Source of the DNA: Eledone cirrhosa
Lineage: Eukaryota
DNA length: 64,000 nucleotides
Reading direction: 5' to 3'
Assembly (NCBI GenBank): GCA_964016885.1
Contig: OZ024742.1
Coordinates: 126,604,001 to 126,668,000 of the forward strand
Part shown: piece by piece, positions 30,220 to 42,034 of the stretch
Layout: each line of letters starts with the position of its first letter
Numbering within the stretch: the first letter of the stretch is position 1
Notes under the pieces: generated by a model
Told to the model about the DNA's origin: nothing
Seen by the model: only the letters and a program-made list of their open reading frames with translations
The model's database searches: none
Translations under genes and position numbers: made by a program

Positions 30220-30500
30220 TGGCCAACGAAATAGTAAGCTCATGAAATTAATGTGCAACTAGCTGAGCATTCTATAGACGCGTGTAATCTTATCACCAAT
30301 CTCAGGGAGATTCAGCATGACACAATGTGTGTCAAGGTTGTTCCTTTGAATTTTATTTACGACTCATGTTTGTGCCAGTTGTGTGGGGCAATGTGAATGA
30401 AGTACTATTCTTAAGGCCACAATAGGTCACTAGGTCCAGGAATCGATCTCATGATCTGAAAACTATGAGCCAATCACTCTATCCACAAGGTCATGCACTT
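30220..30500 (-). mobile_element. Near full-length decayed copy of the second (CORE-like) SINE family
   Basis: Joins the gaaattaa..gtgcaa..ctgagca..cagcatgacac body to the reverse tRNA head (ggaatcgatctc..ctatccac). Confidence 0.65.
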
Positions 30501-30933
30501 ACTCCCTGGTACATCTATGATTGCATTGTGTCTTTCCCTTATTAAAGACAAAAGAGCTTGATTTCAGAGAGATTAGGCTGCTATTTCTAGATGTCGAGTA
30601 ATCATGCAAAGTCACCTAAATTTATTAATATCTGTCAGGCTATGGTATAGTATATCCGTGATAAATGTTCTATATTTTCTATAGCTACTTGAAAAGACAA
30701 ACAATATGGCGAAGTGACAATAAGTGTTGACTTCATCAAAACTATTAGTACTTCCGACAACAGCAATTAGGAAATGCCGGCCTAGAGAGTTCTACGAATG
30801 AGCGAACGGTTTTTGGAGCCGTTCATGTCAATCTAAGTGTTGTGAGGATTAAGTTAAGTGCAGCTGATTCTCAATTACAATTCATATATCTTCACAAAAC
30901 ACAATAGATTTAATAGTTAACCCCGCACACATT

Positions 30934-31004
<71 letters not shown>

Positions 31005-31017
31005 ATCGATCTATCTA

Positions 31018-31068
<51 letters not shown>

Positions 31069-31316
31069 CTATATATGTATATATATATATATATATGTAT
31101 GTATCTATATATGTATATATATATATATATGTATGTATCTATATATGTATATATATATATATATGTATGTATCTATATATGTATATATATATATATATGT
31201 ATGTATCTATATATGTATATATATATATATGTATGTATCTATATACATATATATATATGTATGTATCTATATATATATATATATATGTATCTATATACAT
31301 ATATATATATGTATAG

Positions 31317-31383
<67 letters not shown>

Positions 31384-31420
31384 GATACACATATATATAT
31401 ATATATATGTATATAGATAC

Positions 31421-31451
<31 letters not shown>

Positions 31452-31488
31452 GATACATACATATATATATATGTATATAGACACATAC

Positions 31489-31603
<115 letters not shown>

Positions 31604-31675
31604 TGCCTACATACATATACACATATGTATACAACCAGACACACTTAGACACCGTCACGAACAATATATATATAT

Positions 31676-31732
<57 letters not shown>

Positions 31733-32150
31733 TATATATATATATATATATGGCCGACATAATATAATTTAGAATGCACACATAACCAAACACAAGCTGT
31801 TATTGTTGCTTAGACACAGGTCAGCCTTGATAAAAAAAACCTGTCATCGCAGTTATTTATTTAAGCATCTTTGTTACAATTAGTTTAAAAAACACAGGGA
31901 CAATGAGGAACTAGCTTGACTTTCAATAATATGGAACACCAGTCATACAGCTACTTCATAATTTTAAAGAAGTTCTCAAACTAGGCACTACCGCTTTCCG
32001 AAAAATTCCAGATTTTGAAACATGTGACATCAAATAATCGGAGATCGGAAGTAACGTCAGATTGTGAGTACAGGAAATTGTGAGTACATTTCCAGTGGTT
32101 TTAACCAATTCGAATCATCCTATATACTCAAGTGTGGGAAATTCGAATGA

Positions 32151-32222
<72 letters not shown>

Positions 32223-35200
32223 GTCCTAGATGCACGTTGGGACTATGTAGGAGCATGTCCTAATAGAGGGGGGTGTAACAGCCTCAAGGGGTTACTCGAC
32301 CGTGTTAACTTGGTCGATAGATATCGACTAGATTTTCCAACTGTGCTAACCTGGACTTGGACGAACCACAGTGGTCAATCTAGATCGTACTTAGATAGAT
32401 TCTTAGTTAGAAGTAAGGATAGGGACATATTAAGCTGTCCAGAAATGCTCACGGTTGGCTATACGGATCACAAATTAGTGACCTGCGTAGTCAATCTTGA
32501 GAAAACACATAAACAGGGTCCCGGTTACTGGAAACTTAATTTGTCTTTACCGGCAAAAGAGACTTACAGAAACCGGATTAGCAGATTAGTTAAGGAGAGG
32601 TTGACGGGTGCAATCGTCAACAACCGATGGTGGGCATCTCTCAAAAGAGAGATTAGAACAGAATCAATAAGTTATAGCAAGATGTTAGCTGCCGATAGGA
32701 ATAGAAACGAGAAAGAATTAACAGGTAAATTAGAAGAGGCAATCAAGAGCGAAGATGTGGCCAGAGTGCTGGCATCGAGGACGGCCTTGAACCAGTTTTT
32801 CGATGCAAAGCACGAAGGCTGCGTCATTCGAAGTAAAATACGTGCTCTAGGTAATGAGGGGGCCAAAGCCGTTGGCTGGGCCCGCGTGACAGAAGCTAAG
32901 AGTGGAAATCGATCCACCATCCGGTCTTTGCAAGACGAGGATGGACGGGTGATCCGGGAGCCTAAGCAGATGTGCGAGGCCTTTCAAAGGCACTTTGCCC
33001 GATTATTCGGGGGAGGCGAGGGTCCGGGCAGGGACGTGGATTTCGGTCCATACCTCGACGGCCTGCCGCGTCTCTCGAGCGAAGAGGCAGAGTCCTGCGA
33101 GGGACCAATCTCGGCTGATGAGATCGGGGATGCGCTGAGCCAATGCAGCAGACGCAAATCTCCAGGTCTCGATGGTATACCTTACGAACTTTATTTAGCA
33201 ATGTCGGTCTTCTTCTCCGAACTCCTCGAAGCGGTCTACTGCAATTGGCAGCAGAACGGGAGAATTCCTTGTTCTGTAGCCAAGGGCGTAGTCTCGCTGG
33301 TGAGGAAGGACGAGAACAAGGGGGATAGTATAAATAATTTTCGGCCCATAACCCTGCTAAACACAGAGTTAAAGATTTTGGCCAAGGTGTTAGCAAAGAG
33401 GTTGGCGCTTGTCGTGGGTGGCCTGGTGGGAGATGCGCAGACATGTGCTATCCCATCCAGGTCCATTCACGATAACCTCCACCTCATGCGATACATCATA
33501 GAGAGGGTTGGCAACAAACCCGGCTTCGGTGGGGCCCTGATCAACTTGGATAAGTCTAAGGCCTTCGATAGGGTCGACCATGGTTACCTGGATGCGGTGC
33601 TAGCGGCGGCTGGGTTCGGTCCTGTTTTCAGAGGCTGGATCACTGCCTTACATAGCAACCACATCTATTTTAGGATCAAGGTGAACGGCTACCTTTTGAA
33701 GCCGTTCGAAATCACACGATCCATTCGACAGGGGTGCCCTCTCTCCTCCCTTCTGTACGTATTGACTCTCGAGCCTTTACTGAGAAAGTTGGAGTTGTTG
33801 CAGGGTATCCCCCTGGAACCAGGATTGAGCAAAGCCGTGTCGGCCTACGCTGATGACGTAACAGTAATGGTATCGACCGACTCGGAGATCGAGGCGATCG
33901 GTACCTTACTGGAGGATTACGAAAGGTTGTCAGGAGCGAAACTGAACCGCGAAAAATCCATCGGGCTGCAACTCGGAACGTGGAGAGGCAGACCGATGCC
34001 TCCCGACGGTGTCGTCGGACACTGGACGGAGGGCCCGGTGAAGTTGCTTGGGGTGTGGTTTGGACCGGACCTCCAGGTGGAAAAGAACTGGGACGAGGTT
34101 ACGAATAAGGTGTTTGCACTAACCCAGAAATGGGCCAAGTGTAAGCTGTCCCTAAAAGGTCGGGTGGAGGTGGCGAACATTTACATAACGTCCGTCACTT
34201 GCTACCGCCTGACTGTCGTGCCTTGCCCTAAGGAAACACTCACCACCATGGAACGCATGCTCTTCCAATTTCTTTGGAAGAAGCGCCCTCCTATGGTGAG
34301 AAGATCCATCTGCTGCCAACAACCTTCGAAAGGAGGGCTGGGGATGTCGTGGTTGATGATGCGTAGGCACGCATTAAGGCTACGGCACCTACAGGTATTC
34401 CTCACTGGTCAACCGGTGTGGGCTCCGTTCGTGAAACGAACCTTTCCGAGACTCGTCTCGTTCACCGAGCTGCAGTCCTGTGTCAAGCAAAGATCCGGAA
34501 AACTGGGAGACTGGCACACTGAGTGTGCCCAGGCGCTCAGGGCTCTCTGGCAAGCGGGCCAGGCCATCGGTGGAGAATCCACCTCATCATTCTATAGAGG
34601 GCTGGTGGCTAGCAGGGGCGATGACACCCTTGGAGAGTCGCTGAACATGGAAGAGGACAAACTGGCCAGCCTGTTCGGTAGGACTTTCGGCCCGTGACCA
34701 ATGGACAACTTCCAGAAGTCACTAGCCTGGCAGTGCTACCGGGGGGCTCTACCCGTTCGAGAGAGGCTCTACAGACACGGGCGCCAGGGATCCCTAGAAA
34801 AAGATTTGCCCTAGATGCGTGCGTCACGAAGAAACCGTTGCGCACGCATTGGTGCAATGTCCGGGCGTGGCTGATCTGTGGAGCTACGCCGAACGACTGC
34901 TGTCGCAGGTGGCGCCGATTCGATTGACCGCCGAGTCCGTGATGACAATCAAGCCGCCTCCCCTCTTCACAAAAGAAGCAAAGGCGGTTTTTCTGTGCGT
35001 AATAGCCATGTTGAAAGAGGTTGTTTGGTGGACACGATTGAAAGGTCTGAGGTCAGGCAACTTCCTCTCTGGCCATAGTCTGGTCTACTTCTTCCGATAT
35101 CACTTCGGAAGAAGGATAAGAATGGAGAGAGAGGTGCTTGGCCACAGGTAGTTTTATGAAAGGTGGGTGATAGTGGCGAGAATGGCTCGTGTAAATGGGC

Positions 35201-35223
35201 CTTCTCTGTATACCATCCTGTAG
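32223..35223 (+). pseudogene. Disrupted ORF2 (partial APE, RT, CCHC)
   Basis: In-frame TGA at 34695-34697 (FGP*PMDNFQK), frameshift near 34800 before CPRC..ETVAHALVQC, TAG at 35149-35151, natural stop at 35221-35223. Confidence 0.9.
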
Positions 35224-35437
35224 GTAAAGACGTGAAGGAGAGGGGAGCACCTTCTCCATGTGCTCCCCGGGCAAAGGATTGCACACTTTTTCGGGGTGTG
35301 TGCAACCCCCATCACGTCCCCTCCCTTTTGAGGTTGTTTTCGATTATTTTCATTTTATACCCTTTTTACTCGATTTTATGTAAACTCCCCCTTTGTATTT
35401 GTCCCTTCTTTTTATGCCTTTATGGTAAATAAAGAAA
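32223..35437 (+). mobile_element. 5'-truncated, inactivated Tx1/L1-clade LINE inserted in a (TATC)n microsatellite
   Basis: Begins mid-APE (VLDARWDYVG, matching ILDARWDCVG of the intact element) right after (CTAT)n; RT motifs FRPITLLN, KAFDRVDH, QGCPLS, YADD; ends aataaagaaat then atctatctat. Confidence 0.93.
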
Positions 35438-35725
35438 TATATCTATCTATGTATGTATGTATGTATATCTCTTTCTCTTAATTTCGAGTATTTTTTTTTT
35501 TGACCGGCCACATTTATTGTCAGCTGCTGGCCCTCCCCTTTTGTGCAGCAGATATTTGGTAGGGAGTTCTTGTTCCTAATGTATGTATGTATGTATGTAT
35601 GTATGTATGTATGTATGTATGTATGTATGTATACATACATACATACATACACACACATATACATACACACACATATATATATATACACACACGCACACAC
35701 ACACGAACATATACTGTATATATAT

Positions 35726-35830
35726 GATGGCTGCCTCCTCATTATCGAGTATGGCCATTGCACGATATAGCATTATTAGTAATTATTAATTAATTCTATC
35801 GTGCAATGACTATGTATGTATGTATATATG

Positions 35831-35900
<70 letters not shown>

Positions 35901-36562
35901 CACGAACATATACTGCCCCCTCATTACCGAGTATGGCCATTGCACGATATACCATTATTAGTAATTATTAATTAATTCTATCATGCAATGCCTGTGTGTG
36001 AAAATATATTTTAAAGTGAGGAAAGACTGTGCACTGAGCCAATCCCACTCTCTGAGCGACAGTAGCTCTAACCCGAAAAGAAGAAAAGATCAAAATTATC
36101 GGTACTGGCAGTATTGGTAAACGGTCGGACGCCATACTTTGATGCATAGAGTTACGGCCCTTGCCATTCTGAGTTCAAATCCCGCCGAGGTTAACTTTGC
36201 TTTCATCCTTAAGGGGTCGATAAAATAAAGTACCAGTAATACACTGTGTAATTGCTGGCCTTGTGCCAAAAGTAGAAACAATTATCGGTAACTACTGAGC
36301 CGCAGGTTTTATATCGGAGTTATCCCAGTTTCCTGAGTTGCCTTCTCTTAGAAGAATGCCCTCACAAAGGCTAGGGGTCCTTCACTCCCAGTGGTTTAAC
36401 CGCCTGACAAAGGGCCGAAGAACCCATAAGAGTCAACGGCCATTCAAAAGTGTGTAAATATGTATATACACATGTATATAGGTATGTATATGTGTATATT
36501 ACATGGGTGCATGTGTATGTATATTCGCGGGGACATAGAAATAGTCGGGCTGGACACCCGAT
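35726..36562 (-). mobile_element. Non-autonomous bipartite RTE derivative (5' UTR fused to 3' terminus) with duplicated 3' end, nested SINE and inverted 5' segment
   Basis: 35985-36402 is the reverse complement of 41698-41935; 35726-35765 and ~35914-35945 are the reverse complement of 57941-57981; ~36526-36562 matches 41656-41692 on the plus strand. Confidence 0.85.
36105..36279 (+). mobile_element. Main-family SINE nested in the RTE derivative, 11-bp TSD
   Basis: aattatcggta at 36094-36104 and 36280-36290; removing the SINE restores colinearity with 41780-41830. Confidence 0.9.
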
Positions 36563-37353
36563 ATACATATGTATGTACATACATTTTTACACACACACAC
36601 ACATATATATATATTTATATATATAAAATAAAATAAATAAGTCAAATGTTTAAAATTTGGCTTCGTTTATTACTGCTATATATATTTCGGTGACAGCCAT
36701 CTTGCTATATATATTTCGGTGACAGCCGAATTCCAACTTTGTCTGATTTACTCGTTTTATTTACAATCCTTTAAAATTTATAATGGTATTAGAATGAAAT
36801 AGTATGGTAGAATATTAAATGTTAAGTGTTAATTGAACAAGTACTTTCATGCTTTCGTAATCTTCAGGTTCATATTCTGTGGTGACAGTCAAGTTTGCAA
36901 TTTTCAACTGTCGACAGTATCGCTAAAAAGCTTTCTCCGATATTGTATTTATTTACTTACTCTTGGCGCAGCAGATTTGAAAAAAATTCCCGGTATAAGG
37001 TTAGCATCTCTTTGTTTATTTTTTATATATGAATATTGATTGTTCCTTATATCTCATTCTGTTATTTTGCCCGAGAAAATATCTGTGTGTCATCAAATGT
37101 TGTACACACATAGATATTTTTTCAATTTCCAATTGAGTTCTTAGCACGTGGCCTGAATTCCTTTCAGAGTTCATTGTCACGCGCATGTATTGTTTTTTTT
37201 TGGCGGTAATTCACTTCCTCATTTTTTGAATCAGTTCGAGCACTTCTTTCAGAACTGCTGGACTGGCAACCTGACAGATACCTCAGGCACAGAAAGTGAT
37301 TATCGCTAAATGCTGATGTTGGTTAGATTATCAATATTAGTATTATTGGGGCA

Positions 37354-37480
37354 CCCACTGATGAATTATAGGAGCCCACTTGAATATATATCTATTGATG
37401 GTATACAAGCTCCTACATAAATTGGTATAATTTCACCCAAATTGTAGGAATCCTATAATGAAACGAGACGTCCGTCTGGG
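37354..37480 (+). ncRNA. Type I hammerhead ribozyme motif with a large stem II insertion
   Basis: CCCA CUGAUGA AUUAUAGGA..(~77 nt)..UCCUAUAAU GAAA CG agacguc CG UC/ UGGG; downstream sequence recurs at 37855-38020 and, reversed, at 13610-13720. Confidence 0.85.
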
Positions 37481-37651
37481 AAGAGATATATTAGATATGT
37501 CTCATTTGAAATAATACAGCCAATTTTCCACGCAATACTTTTAGTTAGCACCCCGAACACATAATTGGGAATATAATCACTTATTTCCTAATGTTTGTTG
37601 AGTGAGTTGGAATTTGGCCGGAGTATCGTTAAAAAGCTTTCTCCGATATTG

Positions 37652-37706
<55 letters not shown>

Positions 37707-37773
37707 CACCTCAACAACATGTGTACTCGTCTCTACCACACTAATTCGGACTGCCTGAAGAGGTCACAGCCAA

Positions 37774-37844
<71 letters not shown>

Positions 37845-38027
37845 TCTATATATCTATTGATATATCTCATATGAAATAATACAGCCAATTTTCCATACAA
37901 TACAATTAGTTACCACCCCGAACGTTTAATTAGGAATATACTCACTTATTTCCTAATGTTTGTTGAGTGAGTTGGGTTTTGGCCGGAGTATCGCTATTAG
38001 CTTCCTCCGATAATGTATTTATATATA

Positions 38028-38799
38028 TCTATATGTATAAAACCGAGGACGTCTGTCTGTGTGTGTGTGAGTTTGAATCCATAAAACTCGAGAACCACCC
38101 AACCGACTATTTTCAAACTTTACACATGTAAAACTTATATTTCAGGGAGTGTTCTGAGCAAAGAAAATTTCAAATTTTCAATGCCCTAGGGACCACATTA
38201 GGCGATTTAGCGATCTCTCTCTATAATTCTTAGTCTTTCTCTTTTTAGATAGATACATACATATAACGTCGCGCCCTTATAATATCTGTCTGTACGTCTG
38301 GCTGTCGCATTACGTCACTTCCCTGAGGATGTCTGTCTCTGTGTGTGTGTCTGTGAGTTTGAATCCCTAAAACTCGAGAAGTACCCAACCGATTTTTTTT
38401 AAACTTTACATGTGTATTACTTATGTTTCAGGGAGTGTTATGCATAACTTTTTGATCTCCTAGGGCCCGCATTAGATGAAAAACTGCGTTTTTAATTATT
38501 TCTAGGGTTTTTTTAGACGTTTTTTTTCCCTTGAAATTGTAACTAGGTATTAGTCAGTCTCTTCTTCATACCGTAAGCAAAGAAAATCCAACTTTTTTTA
38601 TGGCCTAGGGCCCGCATTAGGTGAAAACCTGAATTTTTCCTGCTTCATCGAGGAAAATCTTAAAGATTATTCAGCCATCAGATTATTCGGTTTATTTTCT
38701 TTACATATTGTCCAGGCATGCAGTTTTTCCACGATTAGGTCTGTTGGCGACCCGCTATCCAAAATACATTATCCCGTGCAACGCCGGGTACCACTGCTA

Positions 38800-38800
<1 letters not shown>
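38028..38800 (+). mobile_element. Non-autonomous Helitron
   Basis: 5' TC (tctatatgtataaaa), subterminal hairpin cccg-tgcaacgc-cggg (38773-38788), 3' CTAG, A|T insertion context; internal duplication ~38045-38190 / ~38325-38470. Confidence 0.8.
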
Positions 38801-38855
<55 letters not shown>

Positions 38856-39213
38856 TGTATATATATATATACACATACTTACACACACACATATACATAT
38901 TTATAATATATATATATATATTCGACCAGGTTTGATGGTCTTTATTCTCTCTCGTCCACGATTTCACAGAACTTATGTTCATCGATTTCAGGGATTGACT
39001 CCTTCTTCCTCACTTTTCGTTGCATTACTATCTTTGATTCTTTACAGTCTCGCTCGTTCCCCTTATTTACGTGTCCCAACGACTTTCTTTAGACGTTGCT
39101 CGCACCAACCGGAGGTATATGGTCTTTAAAGCGATGAAATACCAATGAAGATTGGCAGATCACTGATGAAGGACTAAATTTATTCATATATATATACACA
39201 CGCATATATATAC

Positions 39214-39246
<33 letters not shown>

Positions 39247-39446
39247 CAGGAAGAGAGATATTATAAATTAACGAAGATCGGTGGTATTAATTCAACGGTC
39301 CCCGGCCAGCATCTAGCTCACTCAATGAATCTGCCGAATTGCAGTAATGCAGTTGCAATCAGCCGTTAAGAGTGCACACCTTTAGTTAATAGCAGATACG
39401 GTGGCAGTGTCTAGGTAGAGAGAAACGTATATACATACATACATAC

Positions 39447-39519
<73 letters not shown>

Positions 39520-39613
39520 CGTATGTGATTATATATATAATGTATGTGGTGGTATTAAAACGAAAACTCGATGCTCAGACAGAGTGTATATATTAAGAAA
39601 AACACTATTTGTT

Positions 39614-39716
39614 GTATCGCCAGTCTGAAGAATAGATCGATAATGGAGTCGGGTCCATAACTTCTATAGGTAACCCTGAACCAAACCTCCGTGAAACGCG
39701 CGTAACAGGTCGATAC
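39614..39716 (+). ncRNA. Type I hammerhead ribozyme motif (partly decayed)
   Basis: GUAUCG-CCAGU CUGAAGA .. GAAA CGCGCG UA/ ACAGG-U-CGAUAC; palindromic stem III; stem II irregular. Confidence 0.7.
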
Positions 39717-39771
39717 ACACAAAAAAAGCTAAATACATGTAAACGAAACTTCATCGTTTTTCTTCATGGAT

Positions 39772-39820
<49 letters not shown>

Positions 39821-39999
39821 GGGTAACTAGATCTACATGATGTTTATGCCCTTCCCATTTTTAAGCTGATAAAGTATCAAACTACAAAGAAAAACGACTT
39901 TGTTGGTTTACACACACACATGTATGTATGTATGTATGTATGTATGTATGTATGTATGTATGTATGTATGTATGTATGTATGTATGTATGTATGTATGT

Positions 40000-40508
40000 T
40001 CTTCTGGTTTTATATTTTCACAAAGTTTTACCAATAGAGAGAGAGAGAGTCGGTTTCTAACATAGACACAAGACTCTCATTGGAATTTAAACAACATCAA
40101 CTAGGTAGATATGTATGTATGTATGCCTGTGTAGATATGGATGTTATTGTATGTATGGATGTGTATGTTTTGAGTTGTATGTGTGCATGTGTATATGCTT
40201 TGTATCTGTGTATGTGTATATGCAGTTATTAGATGCAACATTTTGGGAATGTTTTACATATTTTACTGTTCCATTAATGGATTGTACTTGTAGTTTCCTA
40301 ACTAGTTGTGTTCTTTCTGTTCCTGTGAAGCCTAGCTTCTCAAGATTTGTATTGAGGTAGTTACTAACATATCCCAGTGCCCCAATAATCACAGGCATAA
40401 ATCTGAAGGTATAATCAGGGTGGAGTATCTGCAGATTTCTCATCAGTTCTGCATAAATATTCTCCTTTTCACTAATCTTTGATATTATATTGGCATCTGC
40501 TGGGCAGC

Positions 40509-40510
<2 letters not shown>
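40000..40510 (-). mobile_element. 5'-truncated R4/Dong-like RLE retrotransposon in (CATA)n
   Basis: SCPADANIISKISEKENIYAELMRNLQILHPDYTFRFMPVIIGALG fits the RLE C-terminus (CP-D..K..Y..L..PVIIGALG); flanked on both sides by (TATG)n. Confidence 0.75.
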
Positions 40511-40540
<30 letters not shown>

Positions 40541-40594
40541 TGTATGTATGTATGTATGTATGTATGTATGTATGTATGTATGTATGTATGTATG

Positions 40595-40925
40595 TCAGGT
40601 CACCAGTTGGTGCTACTGTAACATGTATCCCAGTACAACCTGTCTCATGGTCGGGTCGTTTGCGACTAAACTGCAACCCCACCAAGGTTTCTTGGTGAGG
40701 AGGGTGACTTTGGACTTCCTGCAGGACTAAAAACAAAACCTGTCAAAGGGCAAAGGAGCTCTTAAGAGTCAATGGCCAACCAAAATCACCGGGAGAGATG
40801 ACCCCTTAGCCTTTGTGAAGGCAGAATTCTAGGAGAAGGAAAACTCTGATATAACACCTGCAACTCTGATGGTATCCAATGATGTTGGCTTGTTCTTCTT
40901 TTTGATAAATATCATCTTGGTTAAG
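40595..40925 (+). mobile_element. Older repeat related to the RTE 5' UTR
   Basis: cctgtcaaagggc..aagagtcaatggcc..ccccttagcctttgtgaaggc..ttctaggagaagg..actctgatataa homologous to 36403-36440 and 41705-41830. Confidence 0.65.
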
Positions 40926-41610
40926 AGATCTACAACAACAACAACACCGGCCCTAATGTTTACAGCAACAACAGCTTCAGAATGAACTGAAATGAACATT
41001 TACAACAATTACAACAACAACAACAACAGCGGCATCAAAACATAAAAAAAGGAAGGGAAAAGAAAAAAGAAAAGGGAAGGGGAAAAAAAAAAAAAAAGGA
41101 GAAAAAAAAGAAAGGAAAAAAAAAAAAAAACTCAAAATAACAAAACACACACACACACACACACACACAACAGAACAACAACATCAACTGCCACCACCAC
41201 CACCACCGCCACCGCCGTCGCCATCACCATCACCAGCGACCTGGCCTTAAGAACAACTTTAATAATAATTTTTCTGCTTTTGGCACGGATCCAGCGACTG
41301 GCCAGCGCATCACTGGTACTCTCTTTTGTTGACTCCGTGGAGAGCCATAACTCTATGCTGTAAAGCAATTATAGTAATACTGGACTGTAATACGATCGGC
41401 TTCAACTATACAAACTCTTGAAAGTCAACAGTTGACATAATCTGGTAATCTTGTATCAGTAATGACGGTAATATATATATATATATGTGTGTGTGTGCGT
41501 GTAAGTGAGTAGAGTAGCGTGTGTGTGTGTTTGTTGTGTGTGTGAGTGTTGCTGTGTGCACGCATATGTATGCGTGTGTGTGTATGTCGTACGTATAAGT
41601 GTCAATAAGT

Positions 41611-41656
<46 letters not shown>

Positions 41657-41957
41657 GCGGGGACATAGAAATAATCGGGCTGGATGCCCGATCGCGCAGT
41701 TAAACCACTGGGAGTGAAGAACCCCTAGCCCATGTCAGGGTATTCTTCTAGGAGAAGGCATCTCAGGAAACTGGGTTAACTCCGATATAAAACCTGCGGC
41801 TCAGTAGTTACCGATGATGTTGATCTTTTCTTCTTTTCGGGTTATAGCTACTGTCGCTCAGAGAGTGGGATTGGTTCAGTGCACAGTCTTTCCTCACTTT
41901 AAAAATATTCGTCACGCACAGGCATTGCACGAGTGCATTAATAATTATTAATAGTGT

Positions 41958-41992
<35 letters not shown>

Positions 41993-42034
41993 TATTATTA
42001 CTTTTTTTTTTTTTTTTTTTTTTTCCCCAATTCA

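Noticed and set aside
35745-35770. U1 snRNA-like ccattgcac
   Set aside because: 9-nt match only; explained as the reverse complement of the RTE 3' end
40630-40680. HDV-like or twister-like motif (acc-tgtctcat-ggt..ctaa) in the RTE-related repeat; similar hint at 35501-35583
   Set aside because: Helix order and adjacency do not fit the canonical folds by eye; needs a family consensus
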